Assembly (NCBI GenBank): GCA_041651535.1
Contig: JBAZIZ010000003.1
Coordinates: forward strand, 19,357-83,356
DNA: 64,000 bases
Reading direction: 5' to 3'
Source of the DNA: Patescibacteria group bacterium
GTDB taxonomy: Bacteria; Patescibacteriota; Patescibacteriia; Magasanikbacterales; UBA922
The notes under the pieces are model-generated. The model saw only the letters and a list, made by a program, of their open reading frames with translations. It was not told where the DNA came from and searched no databases. Every line of letters begins with the position of its first letter. Positions within the stretch are counted from its first letter, which is position 1. A program made the position numbers and the translations under genes. Shown here piece after piece: positions 39,866 through 51,135 of this stretch.

Positions 39866-40750
39866 TTATTTAGGGAGTGGAACGAAGTCAATATCCGACC
39901 ACCTATAACACGGGCCTTCTATACCTTCAACATATACTGGTTCATCTCCTTCTTCTTCACACCAATTTATTCCATCATTATTGATACAACTTGTGTAATC
40001 TCCGTAGTTGTATTTTTTTTTCCCTTGCCAAGTTTCACCAGTATCAGAAAAGAAAAAGTAAATTAATGTGCCATAATACGGATTATTAAGGTCTTCTTTT
40101 GTCCCCTGAACAGGTATTTTTTCAGACTCAATTTGTGAATAATCCCAAGCTATTTCTGTATGATCTACAAAGTTCGCATAACATATGTTATGCGAAGTTT
40201 CAAGCCAAATATCAAGATAGCTATCTTTACTATCAATTTCTTCTCCATTTTTGGCTAGATTGAACCAAAAAATCCTTTCTTTTGTCTCCTCATCCCACAT
40301 AAGAAGACAAAGCTGAGAACACGGAGAATCTTTACATTCTTCCAGATTCTGCAGCTTTACAAAACTTGGATCAGCTGGGACCTCATAATCTGTACAATAC
40401 AGGTTACTATCCCAAGCTTCTCTACAGTAGAAAACTTCTGGATCCTGTCCAGAATTTTCTCTGCATTTTCTTTCTCCTTGCCAGAAGCCATCGACACAGA
40501 CAAGTATCCACTGTCCATTATCAACAGTAGAGCACATTCTGTCTCCATCAGTACAAACTGGTTCAGTTGTGTCCTCGTCAGTGGACACTGTATCATCTGC
40601 TTCATCAGTTGATTCGACGACATCTTCATCCGGATTTTCATCTATAGACTCATCAGTCTTAGACTCGTTATCCGGAAGGGTTGGTTCTTCTCCACTGCAT
40701 GATACAGCGAAGAAAGAAAGAAACACAATTACAAAGATAATGCATTTCAT
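39866..40750 (-). CDS. Predicted lipoprotein, paralog 2 (extra Cys-rich insert)
   Basis: GGAG SD; MKCIIFVIVFLSFFAVSC; NLEECKDSPCSQLCLLMWD. Confidence 0.8.
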   Translation of the reverse strand: MKCIIFVIVFLSFFAVSCSGEEPTLPDNESKTDESIDENPDEDVVESTDEADDTVSTDEDTTEPVCTDGDRMCSTVDNGQWILVCVDGFWQGERKCRENSGQDPEVFYCREAWDSNLYCTDYEVPADPSFVKLQNLEECKDSPCSQLCLLMWDEETKERIFWFNLAKNGEEIDSKDSYLDIWLETSHNICYANFVDHTEIAWDYSQIESEKIPVQGTKEDLNNPYYGTLIYFFFSDTGETWQGKKKYNYGDYTSCINNDGINWCEEEGDEPVYVEGIEGPCYRWSDIDFVPLPK

Positions 40751-41221
40751 GGTAATCTCCATCTATAAAGTTATATAAATCCCTTGTAAAGAACAATATT
40801 AAATATGATTATTTAACAATATAATATAGCACTTTTTTGCTCTTTTGTCAATATTAACCTAGTTTTCTGTGTTTTCAGGTAAAACTACGAGATATCCATT
40901 GAATTTTGTAAATGATTTGTCATTATCCTTATTACATTCCTTAGGACTTGTTCCATAAAGCCCGTTATTACAATACCCCCAATTATCAGTTATCTGAACT
41001 TTTGGTTGATAATAACAATAATAATCATTGTCTAGTAAGTTATAGGTTTTCTTTAAAGTATTTTTTAAATTGGTACAAAGAGTTGTATCAGTACTTGGTC
41101 CACCAAAACAATGTTCTTCTGTAATATCACCTACTTTTTCTTGTTTACCTGCTAATTCTGTTTTTTCTTCATTAGCACATTCATATTTTACTGAATATAG
41201 GAAAGGTTGTGGAGTACAAGC
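40562..41221. repeat. Direct repeat copy A: lipoprotein 5' end, promoter and last ~363 nt of the giant gene
   Basis: 40681-41221 appears identical to 42009-42549 (offset 1328); similarity extends to about 40562/41887. Confidence 0.92.
40859..41221 (-). pseudogene. Orphan exact copy of the giant gene 3' end (about 120 codons, no start)
   Basis: Identical by eye to 42187-42549. Confidence 0.88.
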
Positions 41222-41370
41222 GCAGATAATTTTAGATTTATGATTCTAGATTTTAGAATTTAGAATTAAAAATATTATAACACAAAAATTCTGTAAAATA
41301 AAAAAGACCCGAGTCGGTTAAGTAATTTCATTTCTGAAAAAACTAACCAACTCGGGTGGGGATGTGGGAT

Positions 41371-42078
41371 TTATATTACAAACACAAAATAAAATGATCC
41401 TCCGAAGAAAGTTTCCACACCTTCTATCTCAACGACTTCCAATCCAAATTCTTTACATGTATCACGACCTGCCTGAGCGTCATAACACTCTACATAACCC
41501 TCCATTCTCAATTCTTTTTCTTCTCTAAAAAAGAAGCTGAATTGTCTCTCAGTTCCCAAATAAGAGACATGTTCAAGAGGTATTTTATAGCCTTCGGTAA
41601 TTGCATCTTCTTTTCCAATAAATGAATTTTCTGGAACAGAGAAAAAACATTTTTCAAAATTATCCACAAAAAGTTTAAACTTGAAACTTCTTTGGTCATC
41701 ACAGTTTACGCTATTACTTGTCTTTTTTTCACACCATTTACCGCTATTTGCTCCTTCATCCCACAGAAGGAAACAAATTTCTGAACAAGAAGAATTTTTG
41801 CATTCTTCCAAGCTTTGTAATTCTGTATAGACAATCTCCTGATCATCTATATCAGAATCATTTTCTTCTTCAGATTCAGTATCGATTTCAGTTGTGTCCT
41901 CGTCATTGGACACTGTATCATCTTTTACTTCATCATTTTCTTCGACGACATCTTCGTCTGGATTTTCGTCTATAGACTCATCAGTCTTAGACTCGTTATC
42001 CGTAAGGTTTGGTTCTTCTCCACTGCATGATACAGCGAAGAAAGAAAGAAACACAATTACAAAGATAATGCATTTCAT
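41371..42078 (-). CDS. Predicted lipoprotein, paralog 3
   Basis: Signal peptide identical to paralog 2; SLEECKNSSCSEICFLLWD. Confidence 0.8.
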   Translation of the reverse strand: MKCIIFVIVFLSFFAVSCSGEEPNLTDNESKTDESIDENPDEDVVEENDEVKDDTVSNDEDTTEIDTESEEENDSDIDDQEIVYTELQSLEECKNSSCSEICFLLWDEGANSGKWCEKKTSNSVNCDDQRSFKFKLFVDNFEKCFFSVPENSFIGKEDAITEGYKIPLEHVSYLGTERQFSFFFREEKELRMEGYVECYDAQAGRDTCKEFGLEVVEIEGVETFFGGSFYFVFVI

Positions 42079-42549
42079 GGTAATCTCCATCTATAAAGTT
42101 ATATAAATCCCTTGTAAAGAACAATATTAAATATGATTATTTAACAATATAATATAGCACTTTTTTGCTCTTTTGTCAATATTAACCTAGTTTTCTGTGT
42201 TTTCAGGTAAAACTACGAGATATCCATTGAATTTTGTAAATGATTTGTCATTATCCTTATTACATTCCTTAGGACTTGTTCCATAAAGCCCGTTATTACA
42301 ATACCCCCAATTATCAGTTATCTGAACTTTTGGTTGATAATAACAATAATAATCATTGTCTAGTAAGTTATAGGTTTTCTTTAAAGTATTTTTTAAATTG
42401 GTACAAAGAGTTGTATCAGTACTTGGTCCACCAAAACAATGTTCTTCTGTAATATCACCTACTTTTTCTTGTTTACCTGCTAATTCTGTTTTTTCTTCAT
42501 TAGCACATTCATATTTTACTGAATATAGGAAAGGTTGTGGAGTACAAGC
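41887..42549. repeat. Direct repeat copy B
   Basis: Matches 40562-41221. Confidence 0.92.
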
Positions 42550-45500
42550 ACGGGTAGCATCACCAAAGAAATTTTCTTCTGCATTTTTTATACACGAATT
42601 ATTTGCACATTCACTATTTTCTTTACAAGTGATTTGTGTGCCAGAACATCTACCAATTTCGTTTGGTTCATCATCACAATATGGTTTTCTATTTTTAAAC
42701 AAACCTTTTGTACCACTTCCTCCTATCACTTCATCATTTTTTCCAGTATCTAAAATAACTGTTTTTATCGGCATTTGATCATCATCAGCATAAGCGTAAA
42801 AAGATAAATAAGCTTCAAAAGGAGAATTTTTTATAATGATTTTTTTGCCTGTACTATTGTTTACTGAAGTCTCTGTAATATTATCAATACTTAAATTATC
42901 AAAATCTCCTAACACATATTTTTTATTTATTTCATCATATTTTACTCCAAAAATTCGTGGTGAATTTATAGAATAAAGTTTTTCAAAGAAAGTTTGTCCT
43001 GTTCCACTACTCAAATGATCAATTAATGAAGTTCCGGGTGCTTGTTTATCTTTAGATTCATCAAATTTATAATAAGCGGCAGCAAACACATCCATAAAAG
43101 ATGTATTATTTGGAAAAGATGCAGTTATAAATTCATGTTCATTTAATGTAGTAAACTGTTTATATTCTGGATTAATATCAGACGCGGTAAAATCAAGTGC
43201 TTTAAACAAACCATTTGTTTTTGTTGGGATTCCAGAAGTTTCAAAATCATAGTCAATTATTTGGCTTTTATCTATTACTGAAAAATAATAAAATCTATCA
43301 AAATCTATTACTGTTGTTTTATTATTTTGCAAATCCGTCTCTGTTTTAAAAACATCATCTGTTCTTTTTGTTAAAGATCCAAAAGGAGCATTTGAATAAT
43401 TTTTTATTTTTGAAACTGAATCCACTAAAGTTTCTATGTAAATATCAGAATAAGTGGTAGCATTTTTTAAATTTTTAGTTAAAGTTTTATCCAAACCTTT
43501 TTTTCCAGACCACAAAATATCTGTTCGCGGTTTTGTGTTATTATTTAACAAATTATTATCATAAAGTACTCCATATTCAGTACATTTACTATTTAATTCT
43601 ACGATAACTGCAAGACGCATACCATAACTTTCGCCGTCTGAATTATCATGAGCATCTATAAATCTAGATATATAGCCAAGAAAATCTCCATCTTCATTAA
43701 AATCCAAACCAATAGCTAATAAAGTTGCATTTTCTTCTTCATTCAATCTATCTGAATCCCCACGTCCAAAATAAAAAGGATCAGATTGTTTATTAATAGT
43801 ATTTTCTAATGATATATCTTGACAATTATTTTCTGTGCACAGAGAATTTAAAGTGGTTTTAGAATTATTTTGATTTAAAATAGAATCTGAATAAAAATAT
43901 CCAACATATCTTGTTTTAATTTCATTCTTTCCTGTATCGTTATACAATTCATAGGTAAAATTAAAATCACTATTATTTTTAAAGAGAACAGTATTTTCTT
44001 TTTCTAATAAATAAGAAACAAAATTTAAACCCGAATTAGTTGAAGATCCTGAGGCCATACAAAATTTTTCATTATAACCTGTACAATAATTTTTAACAGG
44101 TGCATATAATATTTTGTTTGTGCTTTGTCTTAATTTATTAAAATCAATAGTAAAAGTTTCTGCATCTAAAAGACCTATGGTTCTCCCTTCTGCTCCAGAT
44201 ATATGTTCAATTGGTACAATATGAATTTTTGCTATTTCTTCTTCTTTAATTTTATTTTCTAGTTCACTTATATAAATAAAACTATTATTTAAGTTAGATC
44301 CATTAAAACTTTTAAAATTAGGGGATAAAAATAAATTATAAAGATTAAATTTACTTGCTTTTTCTCCATCTCCACTATCATTACCATCATGATAAAAACC
44401 TAAAGTTTCAATTTTTGTTCCAGAATTATATGAATTATATGAAGAAGAAGTTATTTCTAAATTACTAGAATTAAAACGTATTGGGTGAATTAAAGTACCC
44501 ACATCACCATATTCGCCTGAATCTTGACCTACAGCTGGAGCAAATGATTTTACTATTCCATTTGTTAAAACTGTATAATAAGGATCATTTACGGCATCAA
44601 ATCTTAATATTCTAATATTTTTTAAATCAATTTGTCTATTCTCTTTATAAGTATCAATATTTTTTGCCCATTCATTTAACATGATATATTGTTGTTTTTC
44701 ATCGTTACTATTAATAACTTCTTTATATTTATCTGAAACTACGCCACCTCCGCCAGTGTTTTCTTCTTCTGCTTCAAAATACAGACCGGCTACTTCTTGT
44801 CTATTAAAATAATTATAAATTTTAAAGCTACATTCTCCTGAATTATAGTCATCATTACAATCGGCTGTAAAAACTGGTCTATTAAAAGCTAAATTATATT
44901 GATTATTTAATATAGTATCATTTATAGTTTGTCCATTAATCACAGTTCCTAAACCATATTCAGGAGTTTGTCCTTGTTCAGTACTATTTAAACAGAAAAC
45001 TTGGCCAAAATCATTTGAATCGGAATTCCCTTCAGTTGGATTACCTTCTGGGTTATAACCTGCTTCTGGGTTATAATTATATAAATCCATTTGTGAAATA
45101 CTACGGTCAGAATAATACCAAGTCAAACAAGGATAATAAGTTTTATTACCAGCTTTTTCGCCACGACTTTTATCATATTCCATACAAACACCAGTCACTC
45201 CATAATATGTTCCCTGTTGTTCTATTTTATTACATACTCCTCCTTCACCACAATCTGTATCAATAAAACAGACATCACCTGTTTTTTCACCAATTCCAGA
45301 ACAAATTCCTTGTGGAATAAATGCGTAATCAGCATTACTTTGTTTAAAATCTAGAGGCCAGTAATCAATAGTACCATCTTTATATTCTACTTTTGTATAA
45401 AGACAACTGCCAAATCCAACTGAATCATCTGGATTAGTAAAAATATTTGAACTATATTGATAATAATTTGCATTATCATATTTTGATTTTATTTTTGTCC

Positions 45501-48500
45501 ATTCAGTTCTATTAAAATCAGTGTCGTCTAAATTAAAATAATATCTGCCACAACTTACTTCACTTGAATCTTCATCATCTTCATTTAAATTAAAACAATC
45601 AATATATTTATCTGAATCAAAATTAGCTATTAAACGAATATCAAAAGGTGAATCTTCTTCAGGGAAAGTTTTACAAGATTCTGCATATAAATTTTCTTTT
45701 ATTTTATCTCCAGATAAAACAGCTATTAAATCTTGTTCATTTGTTACTCCTACAAAACTTGTTTCATTTTTTCCATCTACTGGTAAAATACATTTTCCAT
45801 CGTAACACACTCCAGAGGAACCATCTTTTCCAGTACAAGCAGAAAAATCAGGTTTTGTGATTGATCCAGATCCAAATAAAGCTGGTATTTTACAACTATT
45901 ATTATCAGATTCATAAATCAAATAAGCACGGGATGCATTACCATCTTGCAAATAAATAGTTTTATAACCATCCAAATTTCTTTTATTCAAAAAAGCATAA
46001 CCAGTATAATCTTTGTCATACCAACTTGGATAAGCAAATTCACTAATTCTTTCTACATATTTATTTTTATCCAAAATCTTTTCGTCATCATCAGGTTTAT
46101 TTTGTAATTTATAATTAGCACAAACTTCCACTTTGTTTCCATCACTATCTTCTTCAATAGTTTTACTAGTACATTCTAAATATTGTTCACATTCTCGATC
46201 TATTTTTACTTTTATGAGCAAATTTGATTGATTGTTTGTGTCTGAAACTGGAGAAACTAGATTATAATCATTTTCTCGGCTATTTTTATAAGTAGAAGTT
46301 GCATTATATAATTTATTTGGATATTCTTCTCTATCTAATAAAATACAACCTTGTTCTTGACTAACCATGCCACCACAACTAGCAGTCTGAGAAGTTAATT
46401 TATCATTATATAAATTATAGTATTCTTTTGGTTGATTATCAGAATTCAAATCAGCCCAATCTAAAAATTTTGTACAACCATTATTTTCTTCATCACATAA
46501 ACCGACTTTACCTTGATAACCAGCCGAGCCATTTGAAGGTAAATCACCGCAAGGCAATTCGCCTATCTTGTCACAAAAACCTTTTTCACCACATTGTGAA
46601 TCTTCTGTACAATACATATTTGAAGGATAAGAACAATAGCCAATAGCATCCACAACAACACACATCGCGCCTTCAGGACAGTCCCCGCTGTTATAACATA
46701 ATCCTGGTGGATCTAATTTACAAGAACCTACCCCTGACATATACCAAGCTGGGTCATCATTACCTACTTTTTTATATTCACACAAAGTATTTCCAGCTAA
46801 AACTGGATCTTTGAAATAAGAAATTAGATTATTTGCTGAGTAACTACCACAACCAACCAAGCTATCGTTACACAAAATTTCACTATATAATTCTGGTTTA
46901 TTTAATAAAAATACATCACCAAAAACATAAGAATCGTCATAATTTTTTCCAGCTTTGATTTGTGATTCTTTTCCCATTTCTGTACAACCAATGTCATCAC
47001 TATTACAAATATGATCATTTTTTAAAGTCAAATATACAGGTTCAGAAGTCGGTGGAATTACAACAGTAGAAGTAACTATTTCTAAATTTTTTGTATACAA
47101 CCCGGCAATATTTAAAGTGTAAAAATCATAACTATCTGATATTTTTATTTTTTTAGCAAACACTGGATTTTTTATAAATCCAAAATTAAATTCAGAAACT
47201 GAACTGATTATGTTATTATCTTCTGAATCTAAAACACAACCTGTAGAATTATTACAAAATAAATTATAAACAGCATAATATTCATCTCCATAATCATCGT
47301 TTCTATTATAAGTATCTTGAAGTTTTGCACAACCAATCGCATCTTCCCGACATAATTTTGCAAAACCAGTAAGATTAATAACACTGCCATCATTTTCTGT
47401 ATCACTATTTACTGTATAAGAACTACAACCTAAATATCTACCTGGAAATCCATCAAGCGGAGTATTATCACAAACTTCTGGAACATCATAACCTAAATTT
47501 GTTTTCCAAGAATCTTTGATAACAGCTAATCGATCATCTGCAGTATCTCCTACTTTATTTAAACGAATATTATCTAAGAAAAATATTTTATTAGTAACAT
47601 TTGATTCAAAAAATAATTGAACTGAAGCAGTGTTAATTCCATTTACTAAAATTGGTCCTAATTTATATTCTTGCCATTCATCATTTATTGACAAAGGACG
47701 CAAAGCACTAGTCAAATTATCAGTAGTTAAATATGTTTCATTTCCAGATTGAGAAAAATAAACATTTAAATTTTGGATATCACCTTTTGCCCAAAAAGTA
47801 AGTTCATACCATTTGTCATCATTTAAATTATCAAACAAAATTCCAGCGTTAAAATTATAATAAGCTGTACCACCAATAACTCGAAGAGAATGTCCACCAA
47901 CATAAGTTGATTCAGTTTTTATATCAACATCTCCCTGACTACAAGATCCACTTGATCCATTTTCACACCAATTTTCTTTTAAAATACTTAGAGCATTTTC
48001 ATCATCGCCTGCTGGTTCAAAATCATTTTCAAAAGTTTTATGTAAATTATTTCCTGTATTACCAATATATAATCGACAACCATCTGCTGAAGCTGGACAA
48101 GATCTAGCTTCTTCTGGAATAGAATAATATTCACAAGCTCCTTTATCATTTCCTTGATCAACATAAAAACCATTATCATAACAACGTAGACAATTATTGT
48201 TTTGCCATTTTCCACCTTTTTGTAAACAAATATTTTGATTATTTATATCATCATCTTCATACATGTTCAAATCAGTTTTACGATAAAGAGAACATTGATC
48301 AGAAACAGTAATTGTTTTATTTAAACTGCGATAAAAAATATTTCCAGCATCATCATAAAGTGCTGTACAATTATATTTATCATAATCTTCCACTGCTTCA
48401 CCATTTATATATTTATTATATTTTTCTCGATTACAAGTATTGTAACTTTCATTCAAAGAAATACTACTATCATTTTCATAAGCTGGGGAACCAACTTCAA

Positions 48501-51069
48501 AATGAGATTTAATTTCTGCTGAAACAGAAGTAAGATTTTCAATAAAAATTTCATCTTCTGAACTTATTTTTTTCAAATTATGTTTTTTCAAAACATAACC
48601 AGTTTTATCACTACCTTCCCAAGAATAAAATACAGATGCATTTTCACCATCAGGTAATTCACATTTTTTTGTGTCTGAAAAATAAACCAAGCTATTGGCT
48701 CCATTTCCAACTTCATCAACTTTTGTGAATTCAGAACAACCAGCATAAGTTGCTTGGCAAGTTTCAGCAGTACTTGGAATAAAATATAAAGGGAAAACAG
48801 AATCTTCAAAAGCTGAAGCATTTTGTTTGAATGTATCATAACCCACACAAGTTTCTGGACACCAATTTTGTAATTCAACTTTTCCACCTATTTCTTCTCC
48901 ACTATTTACTTCAGTATAACTTGCACAACCAACTTCATCTGGTAAACAAACACCAGCAAAATCTTCACATTCTTTTGACCTATCAGCTAAATAAAGTAAA
49001 TCAGCTTTTGATTTTGGCCATTCGATTAGCGAAGTAGTTTTATCTACATCATAACAAGCTAAATAATCAGGAGCTTTTTTTAAATGAATTTGATCTTGAT
49101 AAGTACTAGATGTAGTTTCTAAAGTTTCTGGATTATAACTATATTCTTTTTTCTCCCAATTAAATAATTCGCAACCATTAGCATCAGAAGAACAAGAGTA
49201 TTGCTCAGCTTTAGAATTTAAAAACAAATTTTGATTTCCTCCGAGAGACGCACCTTTTATATCATTGTTCAAATAAAAACTATTTATCCAATTTCCAGAA
49301 TCATTTTTATTTAAACTGTAAGCTTGGCAACCAACTGCATCAGCATTACAATCTCCGTATTCTAAAGTACGTGATAAATAAGAAGCTTCATCGCCAGTTA
49401 AATTATTAGAAAAAGTCTTACAAGTATTATAAATTGGTTCACAAGAATCTCCATAAAATTTCCAAGTATTTTTTTCTTGCAAACAATAACCGTATTTTTC
49501 ACATTTGCCATTATTATCTTCTACTACGCAAGAATCATAATCAATAACTTGTTCTTGGCGAGTATTTGTACCATCCAAAATTTCTGAACTGTAGGTTTTT
49601 AATTTTATTCTAGCTTCTGGAGCTTTGATTATCCAATTTGGATTTATAAGACCATAATAATTACCTTCAGTATAATAAGCATTTACAACTGTTTCCAAAG
49701 TTGGGTTTCCTAATTCTGTAGCTTTTTCGGCAACGATTTCAAAACCAAGAGGAATTATTCTAGCTTTACGCATTTTTTGTAAATTTGAATAACATAATCC
49801 TTTTGTATAACAATCTTTTGTTTGATTTTCATTTGAATATTCAGAATAAAATATTTGATTACCATTAATTATTCCTTCATCAATCGCTTGTTTAATCGTC
49901 ATTGGATTACCAGTATTGTATCTATTAATTACTGTTTGCCAACTGGAATCCATAACACAATTATCATTAGCAGGTTCATCTGGACAACTGACAAATTGTG
50001 AAACATAATCGTATTTTTCCAAACTCAAATTTGGTAAATCTTTTATCAAATAAGAGTAAGCATTTTCAACTGCTTTGCGATTATAATTTAAAACACTGGC
50101 GTAAGGATTTGTTACTGATTCTTTCCCTGATTCTTTGCTAGTTGGGAATAAACCATCTTGTAAAATATTTTGTGCTAAAGTTGAAACAAAAGTATTAGCA
50201 AAAGTAGAAATTGCTGTTGGAATAATTTGCCAACCGCTCACTGCATACATTCCTGCCATTTGAGTAGCACTCATTTCACCCTGTTGTTTAGCTCCAACTG
50301 CTTCTGATTCAGTTTTAACTGTTTGGGCTGGGGTTTTTATTTCTCCAGAAATCACATCTTTTACAGCTTTAAAACCATCACCTTCGGCTCTTTCAGCATT
50401 TGCTGATTCAGTTGCTTTAGCGTTCAATGAATCGATATTACTTTTAGCAACTAAAACTGTTCCTAGACCACCTTGAGTTACATCCAGATTAGCGTTGAAA
50501 ATTTCAGCAGCTGAATATTTATCTTGAACATTATCCCATCCACTTTTCATTTCATTCCAAGAACAAGATGGCTGTGGACCTTTTTCACTGCCTGAACCAT
50601 ATTCATTACTATAAATATTGCTTAAACCAACTTGTAAACTTAATTGAAAATTTAAATCTGGTGGAGTACAAAAATTCATCCCCAATACTCCTTTTCCAAA
50701 ATCAGCAATGGCTGACGCTGCAGAATCCAAAGCTACATTAGCAAAATAATCTCCTGGACTTTCTTGAAAAACAGCTGGTTTTTTTCCAACTGCTGAGTCT
50801 GCTAGATAAGTTGCAGCATCATAAGCTAATTTTCTAGTAAAATAAGAAGCAGCATTTATCAAAGAACCCAAAGCAGAACTTAATAAAGTATCTAAAATTT
50901 GATCTTTTATGTCCGCTGTTTTTTCTGGCAAACTTTCAATAACTGAAACGGGAAAACCTGCTTTTGCAATTTGTGGTCTAAACATGCCAATTGCAAAAAA
51001 ATTAAAAAATAAAAAAATACTGAGCAAAATCGACAAGGAAATTTTTTTAGCTCGATTTTTTTTAAACAT
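42187..51069 (-). CDS. Giant secreted Cys-rich surface protein (about 2,960 aa)
   Basis: Uninterrupted ORF, N-terminal signal/TM, recurrent xxGC and CxxDxDC motifs, a carbohydrate-binding-like segment (WYELTFWAKG..WQEY..FFLDNIRL). Confidence 0.85.
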   Translation of the reverse strand: MFKKNRAKKISLSILLSIFLFFNFFAIGMFRPQIAKAGFPVSVIESLPEKTADIKDQILDTLLSSALGSLINAASYFTRKLAYDAATYLADSAVGKKPAVFQESPGDYFANVALDSAASAIADFGKGVLGMNFCTPPDLNFQLSLQVGLSNIYSNEYGSGSEKGPQPSCSWNEMKSGWDNVQDKYSAAEIFNANLDVTQGGLGTVLVAKSNIDSLNAKATESANAERAEGDGFKAVKDVISGEIKTPAQTVKTESEAVGAKQQGEMSATQMAGMYAVSGWQIIPTAISTFANTFVSTLAQNILQDGLFPTSKESGKESVTNPYASVLNYNRKAVENAYSYLIKDLPNLSLEKYDYVSQFVSCPDEPANDNCVMDSSWQTVINRYNTGNPMTIKQAIDEGIINGNQIFYSEYSNENQTKDCYTKGLCYSNLQKMRKARIIPLGFEIVAEKATELGNPTLETVVNAYYTEGNYYGLINPNWIIKAPEARIKLKTYSSEILDGTNTRQEQVIDYDSCVVEDNNGKCEKYGYCLQEKNTWKFYGDSCEPIYNTCKTFSNNLTGDEASYLSRTLEYGDCNADAVGCQAYSLNKNDSGNWINSFYLNNDIKGASLGGNQNLFLNSKAEQYSCSSDANGCELFNWEKKEYSYNPETLETTSSTYQDQIHLKKAPDYLACYDVDKTTSLIEWPKSKADLLYLADRSKECEDFAGVCLPDEVGCASYTEVNSGEEIGGKVELQNWCPETCVGYDTFKQNASAFEDSVFPLYFIPSTAETCQATYAGCSEFTKVDEVGNGANSLVYFSDTKKCELPDGENASVFYSWEGSDKTGYVLKKHNLKKISSEDEIFIENLTSVSAEIKSHFEVGSPAYENDSSISLNESYNTCNREKYNKYINGEAVEDYDKYNCTALYDDAGNIFYRSLNKTITVSDQCSLYRKTDLNMYEDDDINNQNICLQKGGKWQNNNCLRCYDNGFYVDQGNDKGACEYYSIPEEARSCPASADGCRLYIGNTGNNLHKTFENDFEPAGDDENALSILKENWCENGSSGSCSQGDVDIKTESTYVGGHSLRVIGGTAYYNFNAGILFDNLNDDKWYELTFWAKGDIQNLNVYFSQSGNETYLTTDNLTSALRPLSINDEWQEYKLGPILVNGINTASVQLFFESNVTNKIFFLDNIRLNKVGDTADDRLAVIKDSWKTNLGYDVPEVCDNTPLDGFPGRYLGCSSYTVNSDTENDGSVINLTGFAKLCREDAIGCAKLQDTYNRNDDYGDEYYAVYNLFCNNSTGCVLDSEDNNIISSVSEFNFGFIKNPVFAKKIKISDSYDFYTLNIAGLYTKNLEIVTSTVVIPPTSEPVYLTLKNDHICNSDDIGCTEMGKESQIKAGKNYDDSYVFGDVFLLNKPELYSEILCNDSLVGCGSYSANNLISYFKDPVLAGNTLCEYKKVGNDDPAWYMSGVGSCKLDPPGLCYNSGDCPEGAMCVVVDAIGYCSYPSNMYCTEDSQCGEKGFCDKIGELPCGDLPSNGSAGYQGKVGLCDEENNGCTKFLDWADLNSDNQPKEYYNLYNDKLTSQTASCGGMVSQEQGCILLDREEYPNKLYNATSTYKNSRENDYNLVSPVSDTNNQSNLLIKVKIDRECEQYLECTSKTIEEDSDGNKVEVCANYKLQNKPDDDEKILDKNKYVERISEFAYPSWYDKDYTGYAFLNKRNLDGYKTIYLQDGNASRAYLIYESDNNSCKIPALFGSGSITKPDFSACTGKDGSSGVCYDGKCILPVDGKNETSFVGVTNEQDLIAVLSGDKIKENLYAESCKTFPEEDSPFDIRLIANFDSDKYIDCFNLNEDDEDSSEVSCGRYYFNLDDTDFNRTEWTKIKSKYDNANYYQYSSNIFTNPDDSVGFGSCLYTKVEYKDGTIDYWPLDFKQSNADYAFIPQGICSGIGEKTGDVCFIDTDCGEGGVCNKIEQQGTYYGVTGVCMEYDKSRGEKAGNKTYYPCLTWYYSDRSISQMDLYNYNPEAGYNPEGNPTEGNSDSNDFGQVFCLNSTEQGQTPEYGLGTVINGQTINDTILNNQYNLAFNRPVFTADCNDDYNSGECSFKIYNYFNRQEVAGLYFEAEEENTGGGGVVSDKYKEVINSNDEKQQYIMLNEWAKNIDTYKENRQIDLKNIRILRFDAVNDPYYTVLTNGIVKSFAPAVGQDSGEYGDVGTLIHPIRFNSSNLEITSSSYNSYNSGTKIETLGFYHDGNDSGDGEKASKFNLYNLFLSPNFKSFNGSNLNNSFIYISELENKIKEEEIAKIHIVPIEHISGAEGRTIGLLDAETFTIDFNKLRQSTNKILYAPVKNYCTGYNEKFCMASGSSTNSGLNFVSYLLEKENTVLFKNNSDFNFTYELYNDTGKNEIKTRYVGYFYSDSILNQNNSKTTLNSLCTENNCQDISLENTINKQSDPFYFGRGDSDRLNEEENATLLAIGLDFNEDGDFLGYISRFIDAHDNSDGESYGMRLAVIVELNSKCTEYGVLYDNNLLNNNTKPRTDILWSGKKGLDKTLTKNLKNATTYSDIYIETLVDSVSKIKNYSNAPFGSLTKRTDDVFKTETDLQNNKTTVIDFDRFYYFSVIDKSQIIDYDFETSGIPTKTNGLFKALDFTASDINPEYKQFTTLNEHEFITASFPNNTSFMDVFAAAYYKFDESKDKQAPGTSLIDHLSSGTGQTFFEKLYSINSPRIFGVKYDEINKKYVLGDFDNLSIDNITETSVNNSTGKKIIIKNSPFEAYLSFYAYADDDQMPIKTVILDTGKNDEVIGGSGTKGLFKNRKPYCDDEPNEIGRCSGTQITCKENSECANNSCIKNAEENFFGDATRACTPQPFLYSVKYECANEEKTELAGKQEKVGDITEEHCFGGPSTDTTLCTNLKNTLKKTYNLLDNDYYCYYQPKVQITDNWGYCNNGLYGTSPKECNKDNDKSFTKFNGYLVVLPENTEN

Positions 51070-51135
51070 AATTTTGTAGTTAGTATTTATCAAAAAATAA
51101 AAATTTACCATCTGATAAATACTAGCTCCTATTTT

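Noticed and set aside
38176-42549. Repeats as a second DGR TR/VR pair or a CRISPR array
   Set aside because: Differences between copies are not adenine-specific, there is no similarity to the TR, and units are hundreds of bp without a repeat-spacer pattern.
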